DNA from: Azolla caroliniana
Lineage: Eukaryota; Plantae; Polypodiophyta
DNA length: 64,000 nucleotides
Assembly: GCA_043228905.1 (NCBI GenBank)
Contig: JBHGNT010000002.1
Coordinates: 2,480,001 to 2,544,000, forward strand
Direction of reading: 5' to 3'
The translations under genes and the position numbers were made by a program. This document shows, one piece after another, positions 26,124-39,905 of the stretch. Numbering within the stretch: the first letter of the stretch is position 1; each line of letters starts with the position of its first letter. The notes under the pieces are model-generated. The model saw nothing but the letters and a program-made list of their open reading frames with translations, did no database searches and had not been told where the DNA came from.

Positions 26124-26537
26124 TGGTAGCAGAAAGACGAAGAAGAGAAACGATTTTGTTGTTTGGAGAGAGAGAGCTGACAACAAAACTCGTATTCAAT
26201 AATAATAAATACTTTGTACATACACCGTGCTCAATGAGCACTTTTTATACAAGCCCTAGCAAGTGGGCTGACACAAGTACCATCGGTACTTGAATGCTCA
26301 TAAATGAGCCTAACACTAATTCTGCCTATAATATTCCTATTTACTAAAATATGAATATAGGCATCCAACGGCCTACCGGAGTCCATCCGACTCGGCATAT
26401 CTGAATTGAACTCTATTAGATTCAACTCTCGGCTCTCGGCTTCTTCAGTCGATTCGGGCCTAGTCGATTAGTCTTCAACCGATTCGACTCTCGACATCTT
26501 TAGCCGATTCGGCCCATGTTGAGCTTGTCTCTCAACA
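26124..26537 (-). mobile_element. Solo or partial LTR related to the element 1 LTR
   Basis: Reverse complement starts TGTTGAGAGACAAGCTCAACAT, identical to the element 1 LTR start, and keeps GAGCATT-AAGTAC, CTTGTATAAAA and TTATTGAATA blocks. Left boundary approximate; no TSD found. Confidence 0.75.
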
Positions 26538-26929
26538 TTCTCGATGAATCCTTTCATCACCCATATTAGGCCCTTTGTTGGTGACAAAAGACATGTTCTA
26601 CCTCATGTTCTTTATTGCTTCTTATTATCTCCTTATCATCTTCATAATGGCTAACATAGGTGCATGCTTTTTATTTTGGTTCCTTGCATGCCCTCTCGTG
26701 CATTTGCTCCTTTATCATCCCTTACATTTTATGACCTTTTATATGATCTTCCATCTTTGATCTCGATCTAAGTGATGGGGAGACAATTACCCACCTACGG
26801 GTAGTACTATTCCATCTTCATCATGATTAGGTTGTTCATGACTCACTTGATCCTCTAGCCCTTGCTCGTTTCCCCAGTTTTTTGTGTATCAAATATCCCA
26901 TCCTATGTATGTGGAACCAATAAAATTGA

Positions 26930-27480
26930 AAGGCTTCATTGAATTCCACATCTTGGCTTGGTGGCTAGGTATAATCTTCTTTCTGATCGGATAATAGAAT
27001 ATGTAGCCATTACTATCGGGGTCATATCCAATGAACATGCACACCTTCCTTTCACTTTGTCTTGGACTCGGTAGCTATATGCACATACCACTTGCCGAAT
27101 ATATGGAAAGATGTTTTAGGCCTCCAAAGTAGTCATCTTCTCCGTTGCTTAAAGTGGAAACTTGGTTATGGATCTAGGTTGTGGTGCTAACCACCTCGTC
27201 CTAATACTGATTGTAAAGTTCTACTCTGAGGCCATCTTGACAATTGATTGATTCCAATGTTTCGCTACTTTGTTTTCTATGTTTGAATTCCTACTAAAGC
27301 TATGTAGTCATTGAACTCTTCCAAAAGTTGTCATGCTTAGTCAATTTGAAGAAAAATGAACTTCAGGTTTGATTCCTTTTCCATTGTCTAATGCAACATT
27401 ATAGATATTCTATGACTTTCGACATTCTCTTTGAGGAAATATGCATATTTCATCCTACAATAAGCACCTACAACTGAGAG
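26930..27480 (-). pseudogene. Highly decayed copia integrase fragment
   Basis: Minus-strand translation near 27045-26940 gives KVCMFIGYDPDSNGYIFY...QDVEFNE, matching the copia INT C-terminal 'C.F.GY...GY...SRDV.F.E' motif. Extent approximate. Confidence 0.55.
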
Positions 27481-28957
27481 GAATCCGACATCTACCCATC
27501 GGGTTTCTCGCCATCTCGAAGCATCATCATTTGGTTAAAAAATTTCTTTTCAAATGGATTTATACGTTTACTTTCCAACACTAGTGGGTTGAATATGTTG
27601 CATTTTTAAGCCCCAGTTGCAATTTTATTGTATTTAATAATCATTGAGTTCCTTTCAAGCATGAAAAGGTATAATATTTTGAGAAAACAAGAGAAATTTC
27701 TAGAAATGTGAAATTTGTTTCCTTCTATTGGAAATTGTTCCCGTTATAAATATGTAATCACAACATGTTTTAGCGTGAATTGAGGGCACCTTTTTATCAT
27801 ACATTGGTAAATGCTCACCTACCAAACACTTGTCATTTAAATTTTAAAGAGAGAAACATGTCAAAATAAAGTTCCAATCTTTCCCCCAAGAATCAAGATG
27901 AGATGATGTTTTGGTTCATCTTTTGAAAATCCTTAATATTCGTCAAAATCAAGTTATTAAAGATTTAACATCTTCAACATGGAAAAATTTAATGTGCACA
28001 AATGCTTGAGGCTGTCTTTTAATGTTTTTTGTCGATTTTAAGATAAAGCCATTGAAACATGTCTTTGAGTCTACATAGATTAAAATCTAAAAGAACTAGA
28101 TATTGACTTGCCATTTGAGCAACTCCAAAATTCTAGTCTTACATGTTGTGCTCAAATTAATCTTTACATATGATAACACAAGCAAAGAACATGTTATGCC
28201 AAATGTACCCATATCAACATATCCAAATTGGTCATGGAGTTCATCAACGATGAGCATTCTCAACAGTGACATGCTTCCAAGCAATATGGTCTTTTTACTA
28301 TAGAAATTTGTAAGCCAATGCAAATGCTTGCAACTCACATGCCAATGTTGAGATATAAAACGTAACAACACAACTTCAACTCGCATCCTCAGGGACATGT
28401 GTGTAAAACCTACCCTTGTAGTAAGGGGATGGGAACGATTGTATGATTTGGCACTCTTTCATCCATCTAAGGGCTTAGAAAAAGTCACATCATACGTAAA
28501 AACATTGTAATAGAATCATAGGGTTCAAATTGAGAAATTTTACCCACGAAATGCATAGGTTGGGGGGAGATACACCTTTCGTTCGAAAACAAGTAACTAT
28601 GTAAAGTGTTAATCTAAAATGAAGCATGATAAATGCCATAATTGATATGGCACGTGCATGATTATATAATGATTATAATCTAATATATACACGTAGATCG
28701 TTAGTAGCAATTAACAATTATTATTGTTATGATCTAGAGATGAATAACACATCAAAAATATATGCATTATGTACATACCATTTTATTTTTTCATGACTTA
28801 TAAGTTCTCCTCAATACCATTAATATTGCACAACTAAAATTTAATTTACCCTAAACACTTGAAAATTCAGAAATCAATGTTGCTCTCTTCTATAATATTA
28901 TGGGAGTTTATGCACTTAATAAATATTTGGGGAGTGAATTACATTAGCTTTCTATAG

Positions 28958-30333
28958 TGTTATATGGATATTTGAGTACATACCACTTCTTACTCAATTT
29001 ATAGTTCATACAAAGGTACCCATTTGGGTTGGCTTAGCTAAAAAGGGTGTACTAAAAGGGTGGGTCGACTTACGTACATGCATCCTAAAAAGGGTGGCAT
29101 AAAGGCACACATGCACACCACATTTCCCCCCTGAGAGAAACAAGGAGGTTTACAACATGGGGAAAGGACGAGGGTCAGAAGATGGGCCTAGGGTGACATG
29201 TTGGCAGGTTTGGAATGGACGTCAATGGACGATTTTGGTGGGAGGTGAGGATCACGCCCATAGAGTGCTCGAAAAGGGCTGATTTGTGCGGCAACCTCCT
29301 ACTTGAGGGTCTTGTTGAGGTGTTCAGTGATGCCATTTGTCAGAGGATGGTATGGGGACGTAAACATCAGTTGGACACCGAGTTGAGCTGCAACGACGTT
29401 GAGAACATCCTCGTGGAAGTGTTGACCCTGATAGTTGGATGGTGCTAGTGACGGAAAACGAGCTAGCAATCGGTGGATAAAGATCAATCACTCTTGTGGA
29501 CTAAGGGTCACTTGGACTTGGCCAAGGTGGGGACAAGAGGGCTATCATGTACGAGCTAACAATCGGTCGATAAAGATCAATTGCTCCTGTGGACTGAGGG
29601 CCACTTGGACTTGGCTAAGGTGGGGGACAGGAGGGCTATAGGCAGATATAGATCAATCGCTCGTGTGGACTGAGGGTCACTTGGACTTGGCTGAAGTGGG
29701 GGACAGGAGGGCTATAGGCGGATAAAGATCAATCGCTCCTGTGGACTGAGGGCCGCTTGGATTTGGTTGAAGTGGGGGACAGGAGGGCTATAGGCAGATA
29801 AAGATCAATCGCTCCTGTGGACTGAGGGTCGCTTGGACTTGGCTGAAATGGGGGACAGGAGGGCTATAGGCGGATAAAGATCAATCGCTCCTGTGGACTG
29901 AGGGCCGCTTGGGCTTGGCTGAAGTGGGGGACAGGAGGGCTATAGGCGGATAAAGATCAATCCCTCCTGTGGACTGAGGGCCTCTTGGACTTGGTTGAGG
30001 TGGGGGACATGAGGGCAATTGTGTGGGAAGGGGATTGGAGAAACGTGTGGGACAAGAAGTTAGTGGGCAACCTAAGGTAAGGGGGTAGAGGTGGATACTT
30101 GGACGTGGGGGACTAGTACCCGACATCTCCACCAATATGTTATATGCACATAAGAGATCAAAACCAGCCTAGTTAGCTTTGTACTTCTTACTCAATTTAT
30201 AGTTCATATAAAGGTACCCATTTGGGTTGGCTTAGCTAAAAAGGGTGTGCTAAAAGGGTGGGTCAGCTTAGGTACATGCATCCTAAAAAGGGTGTCCTGA
30301 AAGGGTGGCACAAAGGCACACATGCACACCACA
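28958..30333 (-). mobile_element. Short non-autonomous Ty3/gypsy-derived LTR element (TRIM-like, possibly Tat-related)
   Basis: Direct repeats 30138-30333 and 28958-29122 reading TGTGG...TAACA on the minus strand. PBS TGGTGGAGATG (tRNA-Ala 3' end) at 30124-30134, PPT CAGGGGGGAAA at 29123-29133. Gypsy-type integrase remnant at 29299-29430 (QGQHF...FTSPYHPLTNGITEHLNKTLK). TSD not clean. Confidence 0.85.
29476..30016. repeat. Tandem array of 7 units, 76-bp period (first unit 93 bp)
   Basis: GATA(A/T)AGATCAAT starts at 29476, 29569, 29645, 29721, 29797, 29873 and 29949. Confidence 0.95.
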
Positions 30334-31769
30334 ATATTATGCAAATTTATAAACATATGTTATATTTGTGCTTTTGGATGGTTAACAACATTTTTAGAAT
30401 GTGATTGAACTTTAACATATTAGAAATATGTCATTCCAATAAGATTAACATGGTTTAAATATTCACATCTCATGAAATTGTACATTACTCACAAAATCTC
30501 AATGTTGGATAATAGATACTTGTATTGAAAGAAGTGGATATCTTCAATATCCCCACCAAGAGTATTGTAAATTTCATATGACATTACTTAGAATGCGTGC
30601 TATCCTCGTCATTTCTGTCATTATTTGCATAGAAAGTAGCATTCAATAGATTAATAAAGGAAAAATTCCTAAAACATCATTTGTCTTTCTATTTGTATGT
30701 ATAGGCTCCCAAGCTAAGTTGACCGAGTCCCTATCATTAGAATTTAGGACATACCAATCAATACATATGTTTGCTTCTTACATAGTTGTATCATTATTTT
30801 TTGTCTTGAGAAGTAAGAGTAGAAAAATTATCGAGAAAAGTTACCCAATATGTTAAATGTAAAAGAATAGATGTAAACTTCCTAAGATCTTCTAAACGTC
30901 TATGTTGTGTGAGTCATAAATTCTATTATTGCATGCAAGAACACAAATGAGTAAAGAAAGATTTTGTATGTATAAAAAATCTAGAGTGCTAATAAGGAGA
31001 ACTAGATATGGCATGAGTATTTAAGAATTATTAGCTAAATTTCCATAAACTCATGTGGCTTTTTTATTTGCCTCGTGAGGAAGGCAAATTCAACAGATGA
31101 AACAGGGTTTGTCGAGCATCGTTCCATACGAAGGTGCCAAATATGTATTCATGAAAGGGACCAAGTTTGGCGGGGATATAGACAAAAGTCCCTCCCATGA
31201 GCCGCAACAACAGAGGGTGCTAATAGCAATGGCTTAGCTCAAGCCTGAACCAAGCTATTAATCCGTTTTAAATGGTTTGGCAGTTTGATAGTGCTCGATT
31301 CCGGCATGACCTTCCTTTACCGATTTTAGCTCTCTTTGGGATGGCTCAAGCCGAACTGAATTGGTTAAGGCTCAATAGGTTTGCTTAAACATGTTCGGTT
31401 CAAGTTTTAAAACTCCCAAACCGGTTAACGCTTAACCGATTTGGTTTGGACAAGGCCAAACCGGTTAGGCTGAAACTGAACCGTTGTAGATTCCTAGGTG
31501 CTACGCTACTATTGGTTCACGAAAGGGATTTCCTATCGGTGTCTCCAAAGAAGAAGGAAAAACCGAGGTTGAACGGTAGTGGGAAAATCGGCCGAGTGCA
31601 TATGTCTGACCAGGCACACATGCGTCTGGGTGTGGGAGTGTCAAAGTGTCTAGTGACCGGGGTCGATAGGGTTTTTGCTAGGGCAACAAAGATATGAGTG
31701 TCCGGCCAGGTGTGAACGCAAAACCGAAGAAGAAGAAGAGGAAGAAGAAGAGAAGAAAGAAAGAAGAGA

Positions 31770-31784
31770 AGAAGGTTCTAGAAA
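31770..31784 (+). promoter_or_regulatory. Perfect heat-shock element upstream of HOP
   Basis: aGAAg-gTTCt-aGAAa, three alternating nGAAn pentamers, just before a probable 5'UTR exon whose intron runs from GTAAGT at 31905 to an AG at 33090 or 33100. Confidence 0.75.
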
Positions 31785-31840
31785 GTCTGTGTCTGTGTGT
31801 GAGTGTCTCTCTCGCTCTGTCTGAGTCCCACACTGAGCTC

Positions 31841-31872
31841 GCCATCGCCATCGCCATCGCCATCGCCATCGC
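31841..31872 (+). repeat. (GCCATC)5 microsatellite in probable HOP 5'UTR exon
   Basis: Seen directly in the sequence. Confidence 0.9.
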
Positions 31873-33122
31873 AAGACAGCAACCTGCTTCTTTCTCCTCT
31901 CCAAGTAAGTCTCTTCCCGTCTGTTCTAGGATAATTCTCTGTAGTATTCAGATCTCTGTCTTGCCTTCCTGCAGCTGTCTGTTTATCTCTGCGGTGTTGC
32001 TCTCGTGTGTGGTTGCGAAGTAATGTCCGTTGATTGAGATCTCTGTCTACCTTTCTGCTTCGATGTGTCTATTTGCGTAGTAAGAACTATGGGATTGAGT
32101 TGTCGACGTAAAGACTGTATTTTGTTTTTTGTCTTCGTTGTTTCATTTATTTTGTGGTAAACAGGTCCTCTTCTCCGATTGTTGATATCCGAGTTTTTTC
32201 TCACTGTATACCATATTTTTGAATTATCTGTCTCATTGTCTCGCATAATTCTGATCCAACAGAGATGATCTTGTCTTCGTGTTTTTACAAGGAGAAAATT
32301 CACTGAGAAGATCCTTCTATAGTGAAACCGAAAACATCATTGGGACGCAGACCATTTTTATTTCAAATCTAACCGTGGGGGCATGATTTTCTTTTCATTA
32401 TATGATAGAATGATGAGCTTGAGGAAGTTGTTTTCTTACCTTCATGGAAATGCTAGAACGAGGGTCCTTGAAGTCTATTCACTTCATATATGAATGTAAG
32501 AATCCATTTTTTAAGAAGAAAGGGGGTCGACGAAGGGAGTTTCCTTCCATCTATGTAGTAATGAAATATGAAATTGTTTAAGGAAGGAATTTTCTTTTCT
32601 ATATTCCTGTAAAAGTTGGAATTTTATTGAGATTCCAAATCTTAACATCCTGTTCTGCTCGAATTTGATAATTTAATACCAATAATACCTTTCTTCTAGA
32701 AAAAAAAAACCCCTTTCAAGTTCCCCTTGAAAAGTGGAAATCTACTAAAACTCAGCTTTGTCCTCTGCAATTAGCTTCTGGAAGGGGCTTTCTTGCTCCC
32801 TGAAATAGCGGAAATCCCACCAATAGGATTTTTCTTTAATGATCTTTGGGAAGGCGTTTTCTTCTCTTTTGTATTGCTTTAATGAAAATGCAGAAATTCA
32901 CATTTGAGATTCATCTTGTGCCAGCGTTCATACTCAAAGCTATAGCAGCTCTCTCTGTCTCTACTTGCCTAAGCATGTGCATTTTGTAAAAGATGAAAAT
33001 TTCACAAGTGCAAGTTCTATGAATTCAACAACATCTTGATTACATATATACTCTTCATATTTAATCACATGTTACTTTTTCCAATTTCAGATTTTTGTAG
33101 ATAGAACTCATCACCAAAAATC

Positions 33123-36100
33123 ATGGCAGATGAAGCTAAGGCGAAGGGAAATGCAGCTTTTTCAGCTGGGAAATTCGAAGAAGCCATTACACATTTTTCT
33201 GAGGCCATAGACTCAGCTCCTTCCAATCACGTACTATACTCCAATCGCTCAGCATCTTATGCTTCACTTCACAAATATGAAGAGGCATTGGCAGATGCGA
33301 ATAAAACTGTGGAATTGAAACCTGATTGGCCCAAAGGATATAGTAGGCTCGGGGCAGCCTATATTGGGCTGAAGAGGCATGATGATGCAGTGTCAGCATA
33401 TCGTAAAGGTTTAGAACATGATCCTAATAATGAGGCTCTTAAGTCTGGTCTATCTGATGCACAGGCAGCTAAATCTAAACCTCGTGGGTTTCCTGGAGGA
33501 GGTGCATCTCCTTTTGGAGATATTTTCTCTGGACCTGATCTCTGGGTAAAGCTCTCCCAAGATCCGAAAACTCGTGCATACCTTCAACAACCAGATTTTA
33601 TGCAAATGATACAGGATGTTCAGAAGAATCCGGGGCTCCTAAATCTGCACTTGAAAGACCAAAGGATGATGCAAGCGCTTGGTGTGTTGTTAGGAATTAA
33701 TCTGTCGACTGCCTCGAAAGATGTTTCGGAGGATATACCTGATGTCTCGTATGAAAGTCCAGTACCACCTTCTAACAATGCTTCTACGTCTTCTCCCAGC
33801 CATTCTGCAACTGAATCAAAGAAAGAGGCAGAGCCTGAATCTATGGGGGGTTCAGGAAGTGATAAGGAGAAACTAGCTCAGAAATCTGAAGCAGTGAAAG
33901 AGAAAGAGTCTGGAAATGCGGCTTATAAGAAGAAGAACTTCGAAGTTGCTATCCAGCATTATACGAAGGCCATTGAGCTTGATGATGAAGATGTTTCATT
34001 CATTACAAACAGGGCAGCTGTTTATCTTGAAATGGGCAAGGTTAATATCTTTCAATAAATTTGAACTTGTGTTATATCTTATATATGTGTCTTAATTTTT
34101 TTATCAACAAATATAAATTTGGCTATCTTTTATGTATGCCATTGCATGCTCATTGCAAATATATAAATCCTTTTCTTATATGTTCAGTATGAGGAATGCA
34201 TTGCGGATTGTGACAAAGCTGTAGAAAGGGGTCGAGAACTGCATGCTGACTATAAGATAATTGCAAAAGCATTAACACGAAAGGGAACTGCTTATGTGAA
34301 AATGGCAAAATGCTCCAAGGATTATGATTTAGCTATAGAGGCATTCAACAAAGCTCTTACTGAACATAGAAATCCTGAAACTCTAAAGAAACGGAATGAA
34401 GCTGAGAGAGTTAAAAAGGATCTTGAACAGAAGGAATACTTCGATCCTGAGATTGCTGAAAAAGAGAGAGAGCTGGGTAAGCTTTTGATTGCTTATTGGG
34501 GATGCTTAAACAGCTTTGGTATGTTTTTGATCAAAACCTAGATGTTTGGAAAGACTAATACTTTCATGGTGATTTGTAGGGAATGAATGTTTTAAGGACC
34601 AGAAGTATCCGGAAGCAGTGAAGCATTATTCAGAAGCTATCAAGAGAAACCCAAATGATGCCAAGGTGAGACGCTCAATATCTAAGGATTCAGGGAATTA
34701 TTATTAGATAGGGCAATGATTCAAGTCAGATTGTCATAAGTTCTATGAATGTAGTGCCACATCCTGAAGAATTAAAGGACATTCTGAATGAATCTAGGTC
34801 TTCCCTATGTTAACATCTGTCAACCAAAATTTAGATTGTTTTACATATTTGTCTGCCTTCTCTGTATTATGCTGATTTAACTAATTGTTAACATGGTAAT
34901 TCTGAAGAACTAAAGTTATAGATGCTAGATTCATGTGCTGTTACTGGGATATTGATGTGATGTTGTTTCTAGGACGATTTATTAGTCGAGTTAAGCATCG
35001 ATATTTTCTCTTGATGTTTATGATTAAGCGCAATATACATTTATGAATGTAGTGCCACATCCTGAAGAATTAAAGGACATTCTGAATGAATCTAGGTCTT
35101 CCCTATGTTAACATCTGTCAACCAAAATTTAGATTGTTTTACATATTTGTCTGCCTTCTCTGTATTATGCTGATTTAACTAATTGTTAACATGGTAATTC
35201 TGAAGAACTAAAGTTATAGATGCTAGATTCATGTGCTGTTACTGGGATATTGATGTGATGTTGTTTCTAGGACGATTTATTAGTCGAGTTAAGCATCGAT
35301 ATTTTCTCTTGATGTTTATGATTAAGCGCAATATACATTTAAGGTAAACTCTACTGGCTGACCGATTCACATTTTCTCTTGTAGGTTTACAGCAATCGTG
35401 CTGCCTGTTATACTAAGTTGGGAGCTCTGCCAGAGGGGTTGAAAGATGCTGATAAATGTCTTGAACTTGACCCAACTTTTGTTAGAGGATATGCTCGTAA
35501 GGGAGCTATACAATTCTTCATGAAGGAGTATAACAAAGCCTTAGAAACCTACCAGGTATGGATTTTTTAAACTTTGTTGTGCAAAGTTTTTGAACCATCT
35601 AGTACTCTGGGATGATGATAGTTTATCTGTTTATGTTCTATTTTACAGGCTGGTCTTAAATATGATGAGAATAATCAGGAATTAATTGAAGGTGTCCGAA
35701 AGTGAGTCATGTAAACATAAATGTTATACTTACGGATTTTAATATTATGTGCTGTGATTGATGAGTGATGCCTTATTATAGATGCATTGAGCAAATTAAT
35801 GCTACCAATAGAGGAGCTGTTAGTGAGGATGAGTTGAAGGAAAGACAGGTACAGGAATGTTCCAAATTAAACTGAATATCTTTGATTGAGGAGAGGAGTT
35901 TATATTTATTAAACCGATAATTTTGTTTATGCACCAGGCTAAAGCTTTGCAAGATCCTGAGATACAAAGCATACTTTCAGATCCTATCATGCGTCAGGTA
36001 GTATAAATGATGGTGCATTTCATGTTCACACCTGTTTATTGTCAAAGGTCATGGAATTGTCTTACATTTAACTCTAATCTTAACTGCTATAATTGCATGT

Positions 36101-36218
36101 GGATAATGTTAACCATTGATATTCTCATGTCTCCGTGATGGTTACTTTGGGTTCCTTTACTGTGAAGCCTTACGCCAATGTATCACTGCGAGCCTTTTAG
36201 CTAGGTTCAATTGATATA

Positions 36219-36281
<63 letters not shown>

Positions 36282-37151
36282 TGAATATGCTTTAGTAGAT
36301 TCACATTTATATAAATTCCTTTTCGAGGTTTGACTGTTCACATGTGAACAGCCTTGGCTTTTCATCCAACTTTGTTGGCCTTTTTATGAGACATGTTTGT
36401 TTGTCAAAACATTACACTCCTCATATCCATTTATTGACATACCCGAAGGATAAAAGGGTCCATCCAATCGTGAGGCCATTTGCTGGGTGCAATGCCAGAC
36501 ATCCTATCCATCCAAATCATACTTCACATCTGGACGTCTAATAGGCTACATCATTAGTTCCTAGACTGGTATGATACATGAGTAAACCGTTCAATAGTGT
36601 CTGAGAAACTGTTCAATGCCCTTATTAACTCATAAGGGCTACAAATGACTGTTTAATAGACATTTATGGGTAACCATAGCATGATATAGTGCAATCATAT
36701 AACATTACAGCCATTGCCTTTTAGTAGATCTATGACTATAAACAATCACCCTAAAGAATAGCCATAGCTGACAGGTTAATGGAAATCAATGACATCCAAA
36801 CACCATTCTTTTTTCTTATTCAACAAATGCGCTGTATGAGATTAGCTGGACATGTAGCTTAATTGAGTGTATGAGGACTATCCACCTCAGATGGATAGTA
36901 TTTGTTCGTTGAATAGTTCAGATCTCTGGATGTTAAGGAACTGTATTGGGTGCTTTTTAAGCAATGATCAAAACAGTATCCTTATATCGAGGATTTTGGT
37001 CTTCTCAAATTTGTAGATGGTTTCTCATTTTTGACAGGTTTTGACTGATTTTCAAGAGAATCCTCGTGCTGCCCAAGAACACACAAAAAGTCCGATGGTG
37101 ATGGCTAAACTTCAGAAGCTAATGGCTGCTGGAATTATTCAAGTGCGATAA
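33123..37151 (+). CDS. HOP: Hsp70-Hsp90 organizing protein (HOP/STI1), 585 aa; exons 33123-34040, 34188-34476, 34580-34665, 35385-35555, 35649-35701, 35782-35848, 35938-35997, 37038-37151
   Basis: [16 protein letters not shown]...TPR1, DP1, TPR2A ([15 protein letters not shown]), TPR2B ([14 protein letters not shown]), DP2 ([17 protein letters not shown]...AGIIQVR*). All introns GT-AG; spliced length 1758 nt. Confidence 0.96.
34744..35340. repeat. Apparently perfect 298-bp tandem duplication in HOP intron 3
   Basis: TATGAATGTAGTGCCACATCC starts at 34744 and 35042. Both copies end GCGCAATATACATTT. Confidence 0.95.
36214..36278. repeat. (AT)n microsatellite in HOP intron 7
   Basis: Seen directly in the sequence. 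Confidence 0.95.
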
Positions 37152-39905
37152 GCTAATGAGTTCGGTAGCCTTTTGTGCAAAGAGCCCTCATAATCAGAAT
37201 TGCTGATCAGAATTTAAGCAACATGATATTGTCATTCATCACTTTTCTCACAGGAAGTGGGCTTGTTTTTTGGCTTTTGGTTTCATTTTTGCCCTCAGGA
37301 TCTTGTCTACTATATTCTCTGATACATATAAACATTAACGATGATCACCATATATTGATGGCTGCCACTCATGCCACTGAGCTAGAGAATTTATGCGTTC
37401 ATGTGAAAGGTAATCAACTCTTTGGATTGTAAGAGAGTGTAACTTAAGGGACTAATGCTTTTGTAATTTGTTATATTTTAAATGACATGCATCCTTGCAT
37501 AATTTAAAGCAACAGTTTTTATGCATACAATGCTATTTATCAAGTAATAGTAATTGTAGTGAAGGCCGTAGTGTGTTGTACACATTGAAAATCTTTATAT
37601 CATCAATTGAAAATAAAAGCTCGTGTAGGGAATCAAGCAATCTTTGTAACTCATTTGGAAGGTGCAAGTGACAATCTGTTATCTGGTCTTGGAAATTCAC
37701 CCTATTGAAGTGAATGTGCATCACCATGCCGAAGTATTGATGAGAAGTATTGATGATGTTATTGTCTTCCTGTTTACAAGTTAAAAGGTTGGAGGCATGT
37801 GAATTGTTAGATTCAAACATAATTTCTGTTAAGTATTTCTACCTATCAGTGAGAATACAGTATCTCAATGTCTATGCATGTATTTCATTCAACAATTATC
37901 ACTTGGCAAATCATGGTTATTTGGGATCAATTTCGTTGATTTCTGTAGTGTGTTAAACACACATACAAACTACTGGGTTAAGATTTTAGGGGCTGCATTA
38001 GGTGTGATTCAAAAGTAATATTGTCCTATGATGCAATATAAAATCTTCTTCACCGATTAGGTAATCTTTTTGTTATTTAATGGCTTTTTTGATATATTAT
38101 TATATATGACAATTATTTTCCTTTCCCACAAGGCTGAAGAAATGAAGACTTGCAAGGCCCTCGATTGTTGTGAGCGTCCAATCCTAACAAAGTTGCACCT
38201 TAAAGCCAGTGTAGGTTAGGATATACATAAAATTACAGAAATAGTATATATGAGTGAGTGGATTAATGTCTTGGCAAAGATATGTTTTTGGATGAGGAAA
38301 CACTCAATTACATGACAAACCACCCTACTTGTGGATATAGATAGAACTCCAAATTCAGGTTTAGGAGTTAATGGATGGCTAGTTTTAGAATGGGCAAAGA
38401 GCATCACTCAGCTCATTTGCTCCCTCTAGAACTAGGAGAATATTTTAAGACTTCCTCATAAACATTTGTTCCTAATTCTCCTCTTTTATGTTGTCTATCT
38501 TTAGTCAAGTAGGTTATAATCCATGAATGCATAGGCAAAGAAAAGGCCTTAAGGTTCACATAACAATGCTGTTTTATATATCTTTATATATCAAGGATTC
38601 TAGTGTAATTAGTGAACACGTGACAATTTGCGTTTGTTGATCAGAATTATCAAATCCAAATAATGTACCATGCTTAATATCTGGCACTTGAAAAGGTATT
38701 TTTTATGATAGTTTTCATAAATCCCAAACCCTGGCAAGCTATTATTTCCATAATCGAAGGGAAATGTTTAGAAACTTGTGATGCATATGTAGCCCATTTT
38801 TCAAGCCAAATGGAAGCATATGTTCACCTCCACAATTCATTTTATCCTTTGTTTCCACATGCAGGCATGTGTATCTTATTTGATAATGAGTATACTTCTT
38901 TGACCATAGAGGGAAATACCTTCATAATAAATATCTTGAAAGCCTTTTTACTCATTATCCTACTGACCATAATAAGAATGCTTTCTTTCCTCTCTTTGGT
39001 TGTGAGTGCATGCAAACTCTAGAGTGGATTGAAACTCTCTTCTTTATGGAGAGCCACAAGATTTTTGAAGCTGCAATTTGAGTTATGTGATGATTAGATA
39101 TTGTGTAGATGGACGCAGAGAGGTACCTCTTTGTAGACTACAAAATTGAGGCTCATTGGCACCTCATATAGGCTTCGTATTAGGATCTACCAATCTAAGT
39201 GATCTTTTTGTATGCCCAAGCTAAAACCTAACATGGCCTTTCTTCTTGTCAATTCCTCTACAGAATCACATAGAATAAGCCATCAAGAATGATAATTTTG
39301 AATCAGCCTAGATGAAACATAAGCCATCAATTGGGCACCTTTGCACATCAACAAAAGTCATGGGTTTTGAGGAAAACTTGTGCATTGTGTTTGGTTCCTT
39401 ACTCTCCTTGATAATAGCCTTTCCCAAATTGCAATTAACATTATCTCCATACAAGATCGTGAACCTCAATGTTTCTATCATCTTTACACATCACATTTCA
39501 AATCCTTTTTGCTTGTATCATGCATCATGTCTCTTTCTCCACTAGTTGACATAACTTATAGTATATGTTTGGTTTTCCATGCACCTTGAATTGATAATGT
39601 CAAGTACACCTTGGAAGCTCACATGTTGATTACTCAACTATTATGCTCACGTCTACTTTCTGAGAGAGATGGCAAGTATCATAGAAGCTTTTTATTATTT
39701 CCTCTTAGGCTGAGTTTGAGTATCTTGGGTTTGAGTTCCTTTAGAGCTTTCACATGCAAGTCACTGCTATTCAATGCAAACAGCCCAATTTAGTATTCAT
39801 TAGACTAAAATCCAATTGGTATACTTTCCCATGCGAGGAGTTGCATCTTTTGGAACAAATAATAGGATAACCGTACTGTTTTTTTAGATGACATATTTAG
39901 TGGGG

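Noticed and set aside
28100-28460. Possible Ulp1-like protease remnant (PL**GDGNDC)
   Set aside because: Only a short motif interrupted by stops; unsupported.
29476-30016. 76-bp array as CRISPR, tRNA cluster or hammerhead ribozymes
   Set aside because: No unique spacers or cas genes, eukaryotic context, no A/B boxes or cloverleaf, and CTGAGGG...GAAG departs from the CUGANGA...GAAA hammerhead core.
31230-31490. AACCG/GGCTCAAGCC-rich patch resembling hAT subterminal repeats
   Set aside because: No TIR or TSD identified.
38200-39850. Short ORFs downstream of HOP, possibly decayed TE
   Set aside because: No recognisable motif.
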